Shown here one piece after another: positions 14,001 through 24,408 of a stretch of 64,000 bases of DNA (within the stretch, counting starts at the first letter, position 1; each line of letters starts with the position of its first letter). The DNA is taken from contig NC_027217.1 in the NCBI RefSeq assembly GCF_000981445.1, forward strand, positions 1,860,001-1,924,000. Direction: 5' to 3'. Below the pieces are notes generated by a model. It was not told where the DNA came from. It saw only the letters and a program-made list of their open reading frames with translations, and made no database searches. Made by a program: the position numbers and the translations under genes. The DNA is from Babesia bigemina. Its lineage: Eukaryota.

Positions 14001-16587
14001 AACCACAGTCCACGTGCAATGCGTGATGTGTGAGGCGGGTATGTACAAGGAAGGGCAGGAGAACTCGACCTGCAGCGGCCGTTGTATGCAATACGCAACA
14101 ACATACGGCGGAGCGGTCTCCCAGAAGCAGTGTTTCTGCAACTACGGCCGTTACATGAGCTTCGAGGACACGCTGGGCTCCATGCAACTGACTTGCTCCC
14201 CTTGCATGAAGGGTGCAGTCTGTCCAGGTGGCCTGTCCACGGAGGTCGTGAACAGTCTGAAGAGCAAGAGGGATTTCACGGAGATCCAGTTACGAGACCA
14301 CCGGATGCCGATGGCTCGTTACGGATACTTCGGTGCATTCAAAGATCAGGGTGTGGAGCTGTGGTCACCGTTGCTCCATTCGAAAACGTCGCTGCACGGG
14401 GTCTCCACGGAGCAGATGGATTACCACGCCTGCCCGCTGGAATACACGTGCGCCGGCATGGATGGCTTTCCTTGCATCTCAGGCTCCACTGGCTACCTCT
14501 GCATGAACTGCGTGGAGGGCTATGAGCGCATCCACTTCCGCGGCCGATGCATCGCGTGCGACGACATTACGGAATCCGTAATACGGTACGTTGCCACGAA
14601 GTGGCCGCTTTGGGTGGTAGCTTCTCTGATGGTGTTTCTGCTGCAGAAGAAGATGTTCTACCAATTCGTGCTTTTGAAGATATGGCTGGAGTTTTGCTTC
14701 TCCATGGTGCCGTACAGCATGTTTCCCCTCAACTCGCAATCCAGTATCAGTCGTTTCGCGAGCTACTACAACACAATCTTCGGGTATCAGCAGCAGCTGT
14801 TCACTGTGTTCCGCATTCGCTGCTGGGTCCACGCGCACAGCAACTATAGATTCAGCAACGTGGAGAGCTGGTACATACAGCGCTTCATGTCGGTTGTGCA
14901 GCCCTTCGTTGACGGATTGGTGCTCTTCCTGATTCTGTTGGTGCTGTGGATACTGTACGCGCCCATACGCAGCCTGCGGCGCCGTTTGCTGCGCCGCTAC
15001 ACGAGCATCTCAAGCACTTCGAGCAGCGTGAGCAGCTACGACGTCAATCCTGCAGCGCAGCGTAAACGCGCACGATGCTGTTGGCCGTGTGGTCTGTTTA
15101 TGCACTGTCTGTCGGCGTTGTATTACGTGAGTTTCCAGTTCATCTGCCAAGACCTGATCCAACCGTTGTGGTGCGTCCCCATTCAGTACAAGGTGGAGCC
15201 GCCGATTAGCGTGCTGCTCTACCTTCCAACGCACGTTTGTGACCTCAACGACCCACTCTTCTACTACCCCACGATTGCATCATCCGTGCTGCTGGGGCTA
15301 GTCATTGTTGCCCACCTGGTTGCGATAATCACGTCGGTTCATGTATGCAAGGCGCGGCGCATATACAGCTGCGGTCGGCAGAAGCACACGCTCAGCTGGG
15401 ACTGCCTGTTGTTATTGCGTCGTGTTTGTGTCGCCATGATCACGATTTTCCAGCCGCAAACGATGTCCACGGGGTCTGCGGAGAAGATGCGGATGCTAGG
15501 GAGCGTGCTGATCACGTCGATTCTGCTCATCGCGCACATGTCGATGCTGCCGTTCCAGATGCGTGACGACAACCTCTTCAACCGCATGGAGCTCATGTCG
15601 TTGATGTTTAACTGCTTCACTGGGTTCTTCATCCTCGGCAGCTTCAGCTACGATCTCCACTACAGTGGGCTGGCCCCGTTGTTTGCGAGCTTGTTCTACA
15701 CGTGTGTCATGCTGTGGTACAGTCTGGTGGAGTGCGGGTTCATAGCCGACTTGCGCCCCGCTTTGCGGCGTCGTATTGGCTGCTTGCCCAACTTCTGGAA
15801 CGTGTGCCGCAAGCTGCTGACGTGGCATTGCCATTCGCAAATCACGTTTGACTACGACCAAGGCTACCTCGTTATCGAGATGCCGTTCAGCGGCCACGTG
15901 AGGACTCGCAGGAGCGCTCTGTTCGCAGGGCGTCGCCGCCAGAAGGTGTCGGTTCACGGCCGTCGATCGCTGTGCCTGTGCGTCGAGCAGTCCGTAAGCC
16001 GCTACGTGATGGAACAGAAACACTTCCAGGTACCGCTGTACTGGGAGGAGTTCCTGATCCGTTATTCGTTTGCGTACAAGGCTTTGAACCGTCGTCTCCG
16101 CAGCAGCAACGTCGTCAGCGCCAACTTGCGCGTGACGGACATGTTCCATCCCGACATCTTCGACGCCGGCCCTATCAACCCGTGGCAGCTCAGCATTGCG
16201 ATCCTCAACGTGCCCCTATCCACGCTAGTGTCCTGTTACAAAGACTTCGAGAGGGGCAAGCTCGGTGCGCTGTATGAGCTGCGGTGCCGGTACGAGGAGT
16301 TGTCCTCCGGCGCCACCGAGGCCCTCGCCCACAATACATCCGCGGTGCCCGAGATGATCCAAGATGTCCACATCCTCGACACCTTGCGTGCACGCACGAA
16401 GCGCCTACAAGGCGAACTAGCGATGCATATCCGTAACGCCCGTGAGGGCAAAAGGGTCACGCTGGCGGTTCAGCAAATCGGCCAGGGCCTGGAAGACTTT
16501 GACGACCTGCTGACAAACGAAGAAATTTTGGAGAAAATCGAGGCGCTCAGACGCGAACAACAAGTTTTACGCAACAGTAGAGATTAA
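5039..16587 (+). CDS. Second CRMP-family protein, ~3737 aa, 6 exons (5039-5417, 5453-5821, 5862-6467, 6656-7354, 7392-7457, 7493-16587)
   Basis: Signal peptide MHIKLSYAFVHVAFGVWLANLYSALA. Five GT-AG introns join the ORF-track fragments in frame. Ig-like 'SGLNVDYHTGTIRG', GCC2_GCC3 repeats, PAN/apple-like SCQTSCVENVFCHGYSF, multi-TM region and coiled-coil tail; same architecture as the upstream paralogue. Confidence 0.85.
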
Positions 16588-16615
16588 TCTTGCCAATACT
16601 TAAATTTGACAAAAG

Positions 16616-16687
16616 TGAGCCCGAAGGGATTTGAACCCCCAACCTTCCGATCTGGAGTCGGACGCGCTACCGTTGCGCCACAAGCCC
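16616..16687 (-). tRNA. trnW-CCA: tRNA-Trp (CCA)
   Basis: Reverse complement folds as a cloverleaf: GGGCTTG TG GCGC AACGGTA GCGC G TCCGA CTCCAGA TCGGA AGGTT GGGGG TTCAAAT CCCTT CGGGCTC A; TTTT Pol III terminator at 16611-16614. Confidence 0.97.
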
Positions 16688-16787
16688 TTGCTTGTAGCCT
16701 CCTATTTTTGCTTTACAATTGTACTATTATAGCGGTTCCTCATCGGCGAGATGCCGCGCGTCACTAACTTTTGAGCCCGGTGTTGCC

Positions 16788-17653
16788 ATGGAGCTGAAGT
16801 CCGAGCAGATTGCTCAAGGCAGGCAGTCGCTCAGTCCTGGAGGCGACCGAACGATATCGCTGCGCGGTAGTTTTGCGTGTCGCACTTACACAGTTCGCTC
16901 AGATTTGCGCGTGACTGCCATCGCCAATCTCGGTGTGACCAGGGACGGCTACGATTGCATCGACTTGAGCAACAACGAGATCCGTAAGCTGGACAATATC
17001 CCGCTGCTGCCCCGTCTGCGAACGCTGGTATGTTCATGGCCTTCCTTGGCGTCTTCCATGTAGTATAACGGCGCACGGGCGTCAATATATGGTTTTTGCG
17101 TTTTATCTAGGTGGTTATGCGACGACAGTAGTCTATCACGCGCTCGCAGGTACTGGCTGGTAACCGCATTAGCAAGATCTCCGACACGCTCGGCGATTCT
17201 GTGCCGAATCTGAGTTCATTGGTGCTGGCAGGGAACAACATTGCGCAACTTTCCGACTTGAGTCCGCTTTTCAAGTTGATAAAGCTGGAGCGGGTTTCGC
17301 TGCTGGACAACCCAGTCATCGCAGTGCCACGCTTCACGGAATACATGGTGTTCCGTCTGCCTTCCTTGCGCTACCTGAACTTTTGCAAGGTCGCTCAGAA
17401 GGATCGCCGCTCAGCTGCCGAGTTCTTCCGCACGGAAGAGGGCCTTTCTTTGCTTAGGGAGCACGGTACGTTTCACCGCAGCATTGCAACGTGTGACTAT
17501 GCGTCAGGTTACGACCCGTTCGCATCGCTCGGCGGCGTCAAAGAGCGCGCTGATGTGCTGGCCATGATGGAGAAGACGACCGATGTCGGTTCGTTGCTGG
17601 AACTCGAGAAACGGCTGATGCAACCCGAGTCCGGCGTTCCATCGGCAATATAG
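16788..17653 (+). CDS. SNRPA1: U2 snRNP A' (leucine-rich repeat); introns 16867-16902, 17028-17149, 17466-17507
   Basis: Spliced product has 'LRDLRVTAIANLGVTRDGYDCIDLSNNEIRKLDNIPLLPRLRTLVLAGNRI' and the LRRcap-like 'LLDNPV...MVFRLPSLRYLNFCKV', typical of U2A'. Confidence 0.93.
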
Positions 17654-17902
17654 TCGCGCGCATCGGTTTAGCCGGCACCGGGCTGCAAACGCATCGCGCT
17701 ATCGGTCACACACACAGACAGCAACGAATCTGTTCGTTTTAATGTAGTGCGATTCCATGGTCACCTCGTCGGACCTTCGAGGCAGTCGCTGTGGTGTCTT
17801 CGGCGGCGGATTCCTGACCGCCTGCGGTGCCCAGCCAGTGGACACATGCCAACGCACCAAGTGTGTGCTGTTTCGTAGCGGCTATGCGTCAAATGGGCGC
17901 GT

Positions 17903-19567
17903 ATGACGCTCCTATTTTCGTGCGCGTACTTGGTCTTCGGTGTAGTACTGTACGGCCGTTCCGTGCGCGTCTGCACGGATCCTGGCAACGCGGCATTTCT
18001 GCCTAGCGTCGGTGTGAAGAATCGCGGCGACCACGCCCGCGCAGCGTCCCCATTTGACGAGGCGGAGGTGCGGAAGGTCAATCCGCCCCTTCCGCCGCCG
18101 CCGCCGCGCGAACCGGCACAGTATGTGCTGGATGACGCGCTGTCAGCGTACCGTTACGCCAACTTCGCCCAGAATGGCCCAACGACGCGCCATTTAGCGT
18201 GCCTGCCGTTCACCGAGGTGCGCTACCAAGACAAGGGGTCGCTGGTTCCGTTCCGAGGGGTGGACGAAGTGGTCTCTTGCTACAGTAACAAGCTGGTTAC
18301 GCTGATAAGCAACTTCCGTGAGTGGACTTGCGCGTTCAACCCGAGCGGCGATGGGTTGTTGGACTTGTCGCTCTACAACCCGCTGAGCACGGGCAGCTAC
18401 TATGCTGTGGTCTTCTACTGCGCATGGCAGCGTGAGTCCATAGCGCTCAAGCGCGCCATACACCAGCTGGCAGGACGGTATACATTTGCGCGTGACCCGC
18501 CTGTCGTTCACGGCAAGAAACCGAAGGAAAAGCTGGACGACCTGCTGACGAGGCTCGACGAGGTGAAGCAGCGCCACGATGAGCTGGTTGCGGAGGCCCG
18601 CTCCAGCGGCCTGCCCGATCCGCCACGCCCGCCGCTGGTCGAGCCGGAGCGCGTGACGCTGACCATGCGGTCGCATAATGCAGCGGAGCTGTCGCGGATT
18701 TTGGAGGTGCTGCACGACCGCTACAGCTACCGCTGGTGGATGCCGCACGTCGGCAAGCTGAAGTACAACAAGGTGTTCTGCCGCGCGTACAACGAGCTGT
18801 ACAATACCAGCTACCGGAAGGTGCGTTCCGAGAGTTCGCGCCTTAAATACAAGCTGAGCGACACCGGCCGCCGTGACGTGGAACCGGCGACCAGTACCCA
18901 GCGAAGCCCTCAGGTGGACGGTGGTCGCAATTTGACACGCGTGAACCTGATCCTGGTGCGTCTGGCCAACTCGTTGATGCTGTCGAATTCACGACGCGGC
19001 CTTCAGCGCATGCGCAGCGCCGCCAAGGGCCACGAAAAGGAGATGCACTTCAACGAAATCGCGATGCGCCTGCTGCTGAACATGGGCGTCTTGTACAAGG
19101 ACATGCCGCTAATATGCCTGTACAAGTGCACGAATCCAGTGGACGAGATAGCGCCAGTCTTTGCACGGAAGAGCCACAAAGCGTTGCCGTTCAGCGACTA
19201 CCCGCCCTTCTACAGACCGGACCCGTTCGAGATTGCGCGAGGGGTTCTGTACGGACTGCCCACACTGCGGAAGGTCAGCCACCTCGCTATCCCGTCGGAC
19301 TTCGCGTGCCTTGGCGGCATTCGCGGGTTGGCCAACCTCGATAAGCCGCCCAGCGTCGACGAGATCCTGGGCGAAGTGGACGCGAGCCTGCACTGCGACT
19401 TCCAGCGACTGCTGCAGCCTCTCGAAAAGGGCGAACCGGCCGACGCGTCGGACGTGGATCGCCTCGCACCGTTCCTCTCCACATTGGAGGTGCTGTACAA
19501 GCTAAACCTGCGGCAGTACATCGACGCGCAGCCCGTGCCCGTCGTGTACCGCTTCCTCAACCCCTGA
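17903..19567 (+). CDS. Hypothetical protein with N-terminal signal peptide; possible degenerate thioredoxin-like fold
   Basis: 554-aa ORF with GC3-biased codons and a hydrophobic N-terminus; 'YYAVVFYCAWQRESIALKRAIHQLA' resembles the Trx strand/helix but has no CxxC. Confidence 0.75.
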   Translation: MTLLFSCAYLVFGVVLYGRSVRVCTDPGNAAFLPSVGVKNRGDHARAASPFDEAEVRKVNPPLPPPPPREPAQYVLDDALSAYRYANFAQNGPTTRHLACLPFTEVRYQDKGSLVPFRGVDEVVSCYSNKLVTLISNFREWTCAFNPSGDGLLDLSLYNPLSTGSYYAVVFYCAWQRESIALKRAIHQLAGRYTFARDPPVVHGKKPKEKLDDLLTRLDEVKQRHDELVAEARSSGLPDPPRPPLVEPERVTLTMRSHNAAELSRILEVLHDRYSYRWWMPHVGKLKYNKVFCRAYNELYNTSYRKVRSESSRLKYKLSDTGRRDVEPATSTQRSPQVDGGRNLTRVNLILVRLANSLMLSNSRRGLQRMRSAAKGHEKEMHFNEIAMRLLLNMGVLYKDMPLICLYKCTNPVDEIAPVFARKSHKALPFSDYPPFYRPDPFEIARGVLYGLPTLRKVSHLAIPSDFACLGGIRGLANLDKPPSVDEILGEVDASLHCDFQRLLQPLEKGEPADASDVDRLAPFLSTLEVLYKLNLRQYIDAQPVPVVYRFLNP

Positions 19568-19620
19568 CTTAAACACAGTAGCTATTAGTAGAACATTAAC
19601 GTGGCAATTGCTGGGCGCCG

Positions 19621-22600
19621 TCAGAAGGGCGTCTGGATGCTCTGCACGAGCAGCGCCAGGTCCACGGCGGCAACGAGGCTGCGGTGGAACCCGCGCTCCG
19701 CAGCCTCGTTGCGAGCGTACGCCAACGCATACGAGTGCGTGGCGTTTTTGAGCAGCACGTTCTTGACGATGCTGGCCAAGCTGGAGTCCAGCTGCTCGCC
19801 CATGCGCTGCGCCATGAAGTTGTTGGCGAGCTCCAGCAGCGTGAGGGTCAGCTGGCGCATCCAGTTTTCGCGCTCCTCCAGCGCGACGCGCTGCAGCTCG
19901 GGGTTGCCCGTGGAATCCCCTATGCGCGTGCGTGCGTGTTCCACGCGCTCCCGCGCAACTTCGAACGCGGTGTCCATGATGCACAGGGAGTGGTTCGAGA
20001 AGAACTCGGCGCTCGGGAAGTGGTGGAACACCAACCTGCACGCATCCGCAGGGGATATAACATTCAACTTCAGCAGCTCCCCAGTGACCAGCTCGAACTT
20101 CTTCGTGTTTTTGAGCGTCTGCTGCGTCAGCTTGAGCGCCTTGAATGTGATTGAGTCCTGGAACGCGCCCTCCCGATCGTTGTCAACGAACCTCTTGAGC
20201 ACCTCCCCGTGGAACTCCAGGAGCCGCATGAGGTGCGTCAACGACTTGTTGCCGAAGATGAGCAGGGACTCCCAGAAGATGAGGATGAGCTCCTCCCTGC
20301 TCCAGCGCTTCACCGTGGGGTCCGCCGCATCCGCCTCGTCAGTCATCTCCACGTCGGGGATCTTGTTCTCCGCAAACACGTTGGGCGGCAACTCCTTCAG
20401 CGGCTCCTTCCCGACGAGGTTGTTGATGAAGCCCTCAATGCGGCGGTTTCGGAGCTCGTTCTCCTCCGCCGTGAGCTTGTTGAAATGGAAGAGGTTGAGG
20501 AAGACCTTGTGCTCGATGGGCTTGTCGCGGAACGCGTGTTGCACGTTCGGGGGCGGCAGCTGCACGGCTGCCCGGACGCTGTCCTTCAGGTCCTCCGGCG
20601 AGAATACCAGCAGCCGGTCCATGTAAACAAGCCTGGATATCTTGTCCAGCAGCCTCTCGTTGAAGTTCAGAGGAGACTTGATGTTGTACTTGAACATCAC
20701 GTTGAACAGGTTCTTGTTCTTCATCCTAATGGCCTCCTTCACCTGCTCCGTGTCAGCCTGGTCGTTCCGGTCGTCTTCGACGTCCATGCCGCTGCCATCC
20801 GCCTTGTGCTTCGATCGGTACAGCTTCATGGCCAGAGGCAGCCTCCTCACCTTACAGAATTCCACGCTGAACCAGTAGGCGCCGACCGTGAGAAGGTCCG
20901 AGACCACGGCGGGGTCCAGCCGCGGGATGTCGTCCGTGAGCTGCGAGTACAGGTCATGGAAGACGCCTTCCAGCTTGTGCTCGATGTTGCACAGGTTGTG
21001 GATCACCAGGATGGCGAACATGCTGAAGTGCTGCCTGTATATCGGCGAGAGCATCATGTTGAACAGGATCTCCATGATCGCGCAGTCGGCGTACTGGTGG
21101 TTGAAGGGGATCTTGATGAGCTGCCTCGCGCAGAGCGCGGTGTCATCCATAAAGACGTGGATTGTATGGATCACGTGCTCGTCAAAGATCCACCTGTCGT
21201 GTGGCTTGATCTTGTCGTGCTTTTCGTCGAGCGGCTCGAACTTCAACGGCATGAACGGAACGGGTTTGAAGTTCCACGTTTTATCGTGTTCGATCTGCAA
21301 GATGGCCTGGAGGATCTCCTGCGTGACCTGCGCCACCTCATCGGCAACTACATGCTCGGCGTTCTCAACGAAGATGTGCTCCGCAATACCCTTGCTCTGG
21401 TAGAACCTGAAGGTGGTGGTGTTGATCCAATCGTGCTCCCTGAGCGACCGGAGGCACTCGACCCCTGTGGTCAGCCTATCCTGGATCCGTATATCGTCCG
21501 TGTAGGTATTGTATGCGGCGATATACGCGTACGGGTTGTGCAGATGGTCGTCGTTTGACGGGTCGATATCGGCGCGCTTCAGGTCGCTGGCGACCCTTTC
21601 CATCTTGTAGCTCCTACGGTCACTGTAGGCGGCGATTTCGTCGCAGAAGGCGTGTATCTGCTTCTTGTGCTTCGTGTATTCGTCGCGGCTGAACCACGGC
21701 AAGCTGGCCATCACGATGTAGATGAGGTTGTCTGCAGCCACAACCGCGTTGACGTACTTGCGGTGGCTCTCGAACTCCGCCTCCTCGATGTTCTTGGCAA
21801 TCTTGATCAGCGCCTCGATGATCTGCATGGTCTGGCACGACTCGAATCCGGCACAGTGGGTGCCAATGAGGAACCGCATGTTGTGAATGGCGGCTATCCT
21901 GTTCCCCGACGAAATGCTCGACACCAGGTTGTGGAGCACGCGCTGCACGATGTGCTCGGCCAGGGTCGCTTTCCCCTTGGCCTTCAGTATGCCGACCACG
22001 CTGGCGTAGGCGGCCGTTTTGACCGGGAACGCCTCTACACAGCGCTCGAAAGTGGCAATGGCGGGCTTGCTGGTGTCATTGACCTCCTCCAGAATGTTCG
22101 CGGCTTCGATGATGTCCTGCTTGGCGTTGTCATAGGCGTCGAGCGCCGTGATGATCGCAGTGTCCCACCGTTTCGCCTTGCCCAATTCCGGGTTCCACGT
22201 AGAGTGGTGACGCGGATGCCTCTGCTCCGAGCCCTGCGGCATCCTATTGTCCGATTCGTTGAAGGTCCGTCTGAACTTGTGCCTCCGCCTGCCTTCCCGT
22301 CCTTGGCCCTGCTTACCACGCTCCTTTTGACCTGCGGCGTTGCCCTGGGGTTCCTCGCCGCCCTCAGCATTGTCGACAGATACGGAACGTTTACGTTTCG
22401 AGGACTTCGGGGAAACCTCACGGTTTCCTCCCAGCATAGGCTCATCGCCGCCTTTCCCGGTGTGGCCATCCCCCCTTTCCACAGCGTTGTCATTGGCTGC
22501 GCCGTCACGCGCGGGACTTACTTGCCCGTGCAGCTGCTGATCGTTCTTACGCTGTTGTTGTTGATTCCACTCCTCGTTGTTGTCAAGGGCGTCGCCCCGG

Positions 22601-22629
22601 TCGTCAATATCGACGTCTATCGGATCCAT
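19621..22629 (-). CDS. NCBP1: Nuclear cap-binding protein subunit 1 (CBP80, MIF4G-like)
   Basis: 1002-aa ORF. 'CVEAFPVKTAAYASVVGIL', 'YIVMASLPW' and 'FWESLLIFGNKSLTHLMRLLEFH' match CBP80 motifs; charged N-terminal extension. Confidence 0.85.
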   Translation of the reverse strand: MDPIDVDIDDRGDALDNNEEWNQQQQRKNDQQLHGQVSPARDGAANDNAVERGDGHTGKGGDEPMLGGNREVSPKSSKRKRSVSVDNAEGGEEPQGNAAGQKERGKQGQGREGRRRHKFRRTFNESDNRMPQGSEQRHPRHHSTWNPELGKAKRWDTAIITALDAYDNAKQDIIEAANILEEVNDTSKPAIATFERCVEAFPVKTAAYASVVGILKAKGKATLAEHIVQRVLHNLVSSISSGNRIAAIHNMRFLIGTHCAGFESCQTMQIIEALIKIAKNIEEAEFESHRKYVNAVVAADNLIYIVMASLPWFSRDEYTKHKKQIHAFCDEIAAYSDRRSYKMERVASDLKRADIDPSNDDHLHNPYAYIAAYNTYTDDIRIQDRLTTGVECLRSLREHDWINTTTFRFYQSKGIAEHIFVENAEHVVADEVAQVTQEILQAILQIEHDKTWNFKPVPFMPLKFEPLDEKHDKIKPHDRWIFDEHVIHTIHVFMDDTALCARQLIKIPFNHQYADCAIMEILFNMMLSPIYRQHFSMFAILVIHNLCNIEHKLEGVFHDLYSQLTDDIPRLDPAVVSDLLTVGAYWFSVEFCKVRRLPLAMKLYRSKHKADGSGMDVEDDRNDQADTEQVKEAIRMKNKNLFNVMFKYNIKSPLNFNERLLDKISRLVYMDRLLVFSPEDLKDSVRAAVQLPPPNVQHAFRDKPIEHKVFLNLFHFNKLTAEENELRNRRIEGFINNLVGKEPLKELPPNVFAENKIPDVEMTDEADAADPTVKRWSREELILIFWESLLIFGNKSLTHLMRLLEFHGEVLKRFVDNDREGAFQDSITFKALKLTQQTLKNTKKFELVTGELLKLNVISPADACRLVFHHFPSAEFFSNHSLCIMDTAFEVARERVEHARTRIGDSTGNPELQRVALEERENWMRQLTLTLLELANNFMAQRMGEQLDSSLASIVKNVLLKNATHSYALAYARNEAAERGFHRSLVAAVDLALLVQSIQTPF

Positions 22630-24408
22630 CTTTCACGCAACTTCTACGCAGCCCAGTGAATGACGAAGGGGCGTCGTTCTGACTCCCTTCACAGGAGTAT
22701 CGTCGCCGGCCGTGCCCCGTGACAAACCCAGCGCATCAACGGCTGCGCGCGTCCACGTTTTGCGATCGCGAACTCAGATTTTGGATTCAAACGGCAGATC
22801 CAATTAATGCGTCATGTGTGACCTCAGTCGCGCGTTATGTATGGCTGTGCGCGCATCCGCGGCAGGAGAGTATGTCGCATCGACTCCCCCATGTGTCGGC
22901 CGACACAGCCAGATAGCGTTTTGCAGTATTCCCCCCGCTCGGTTAAAAGGAGTGGTGGTATCATGTGCAGCCTATTTGCGTGGTATTGGTGTATATGCGC
23001 TCTTCCCAGTGGCGGGAATGACCGCGCGTGTCTATTCATGTCACCCCGCCGATGTCCGCCCTTTTACATCAGATCGGTTGCGGCCTGAGCACGGCGCGCG
23101 TGTAAGTTGCGCGTTTTATAGCGTCGCCAGCGGCGCGGCAACGCCCGCCGCCGTGGTCTGCCGTGTCACGCTCGATCGTCCCATCTCGTTCCCAATAGCC
23201 GCGTTTATCGCGCCATATAATACGATTGTTGCGATGTTAGTGCATGATGCACCGTCGCGTGCGTTCCACATAGCGCTCTGTGAAGGTTGCGTTGGGTGTG
23301 TTGGCCCATGCAGACAAAGGTTTCGTGGATAAGGGGCTCCGTGGGCACCGGGACGTCAGCGTCGAAGGGTGTGTCTGAAAGCTGCGTCAGCGACTACGTA
23401 CGCTGCGTGGAGCCCGGCAGTCGAGTGGCTTCGCGTCGCCGTCACGTGTCTGGCGCCAGTCTTCAGGGGGAGCGATTTCAGATGCGACCCCAATTGAGCA
23501 TGTAGGCGCCTCCGGTCCGCAGGAGGCGCTGGAGCTTCATCTCTCGCAGTGCAAGACCGCAGATGTTTGAGTGCTTGGGATGGGAAGTGGAAAGATCGCC
23601 GTGTCGCGTAGTTTCGAGGTCCGCATCAGCACGGAGAACCTTAGGTTGTTGAGGCGTACGCGAGCGTTTACCCTGAGAAAAACGCAAATATCCTACTTAA
23701 GTCGCATGCTGCACGCGTGCGAGCGCGAAAGTGCGGCGGGATTCCGTGGCTGCGCCAGAAAATTCTTCTGCTATGCGGCCCCGCCGTCGCGTGCGGCACG
23801 TGATTTGTAGTGTTGCATTGTCCTTGGGTCGCGACGATGTTACAAAAAGCATCGTCTCACCTGTGTGTCGCTTTACAGCTTGTTATAAGTAGTTTCATTC
23901 CATACGGCTGCGGCGACGGGCGTGAATTTCGGCTGCCGTCGCCGCGTTGATGAAGTTGCCCTATTGCAACCGCAGCCGGACACCTTGCCCCCCCTTCTTC
24001 CCAGTTAATTTCTGCCACTAATTGCAGCAGCTCTGTTGAGCTCGGGGTGTCGGACGCGAATTTTGTGGCTGTCGCGTTCAGGCGCCACCTCGTGTCGCAA
24101 CGCATGAGACTCTCGACACCATCCCAGGTAACCGTAGCACGCGTATGAGTCGCTTTGTAGTCTGGCGGTTGTGTGTGAATGCAGGATAGTACGTCGTTTT
24201 AGGCCCCTGAAGGCGTCAGAGGTTAGGTTGGGCCTGCTTTTGTGGCTGTCTCACTTCGGTGTTGTGATGCGGAAGGCGGTGCCGCTGGCGTTTATGACTT
24301 CGATGTGTTCGAGACGTTTCGGCAGCATTGTGACGAGGTCAGTGTGAGGTTTGGAAAAGGGGGGACCGCCGTGGCCTATCGTTGGAGGTCGGCCGCCCGG
24401 TGGATAGC

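Noticed and set aside
16640..16665. tRNA-Trp as a possible UGA-readthrough variant with a 4-bp anticodon stem
   Set aside because: The anticodon stem is a full 5 bp (TCCGA/TCGGA), and genes here use TGA as a stop.
19601..22659. Long plus-strand ORFs (341, 449, 335 aa) antisense to CBP80, and similar shadow ORFs over other GC-rich genes
   Set aside because: Expected by-product of strong G/C-ending codon bias; no recognisable motifs.
23051..23070. GCCCTTTTAC resembling U5 snRNA loop 1
   Set aside because: Extra C, motif partly buried in the stem, and no Sm site or U5 architecture nearby.
23505..23530. Hairpin GCGCCTCC...GGAGGCGC
   Set aside because: An 8-9 bp stem in GC-rich DNA is within chance expectation; no family features.
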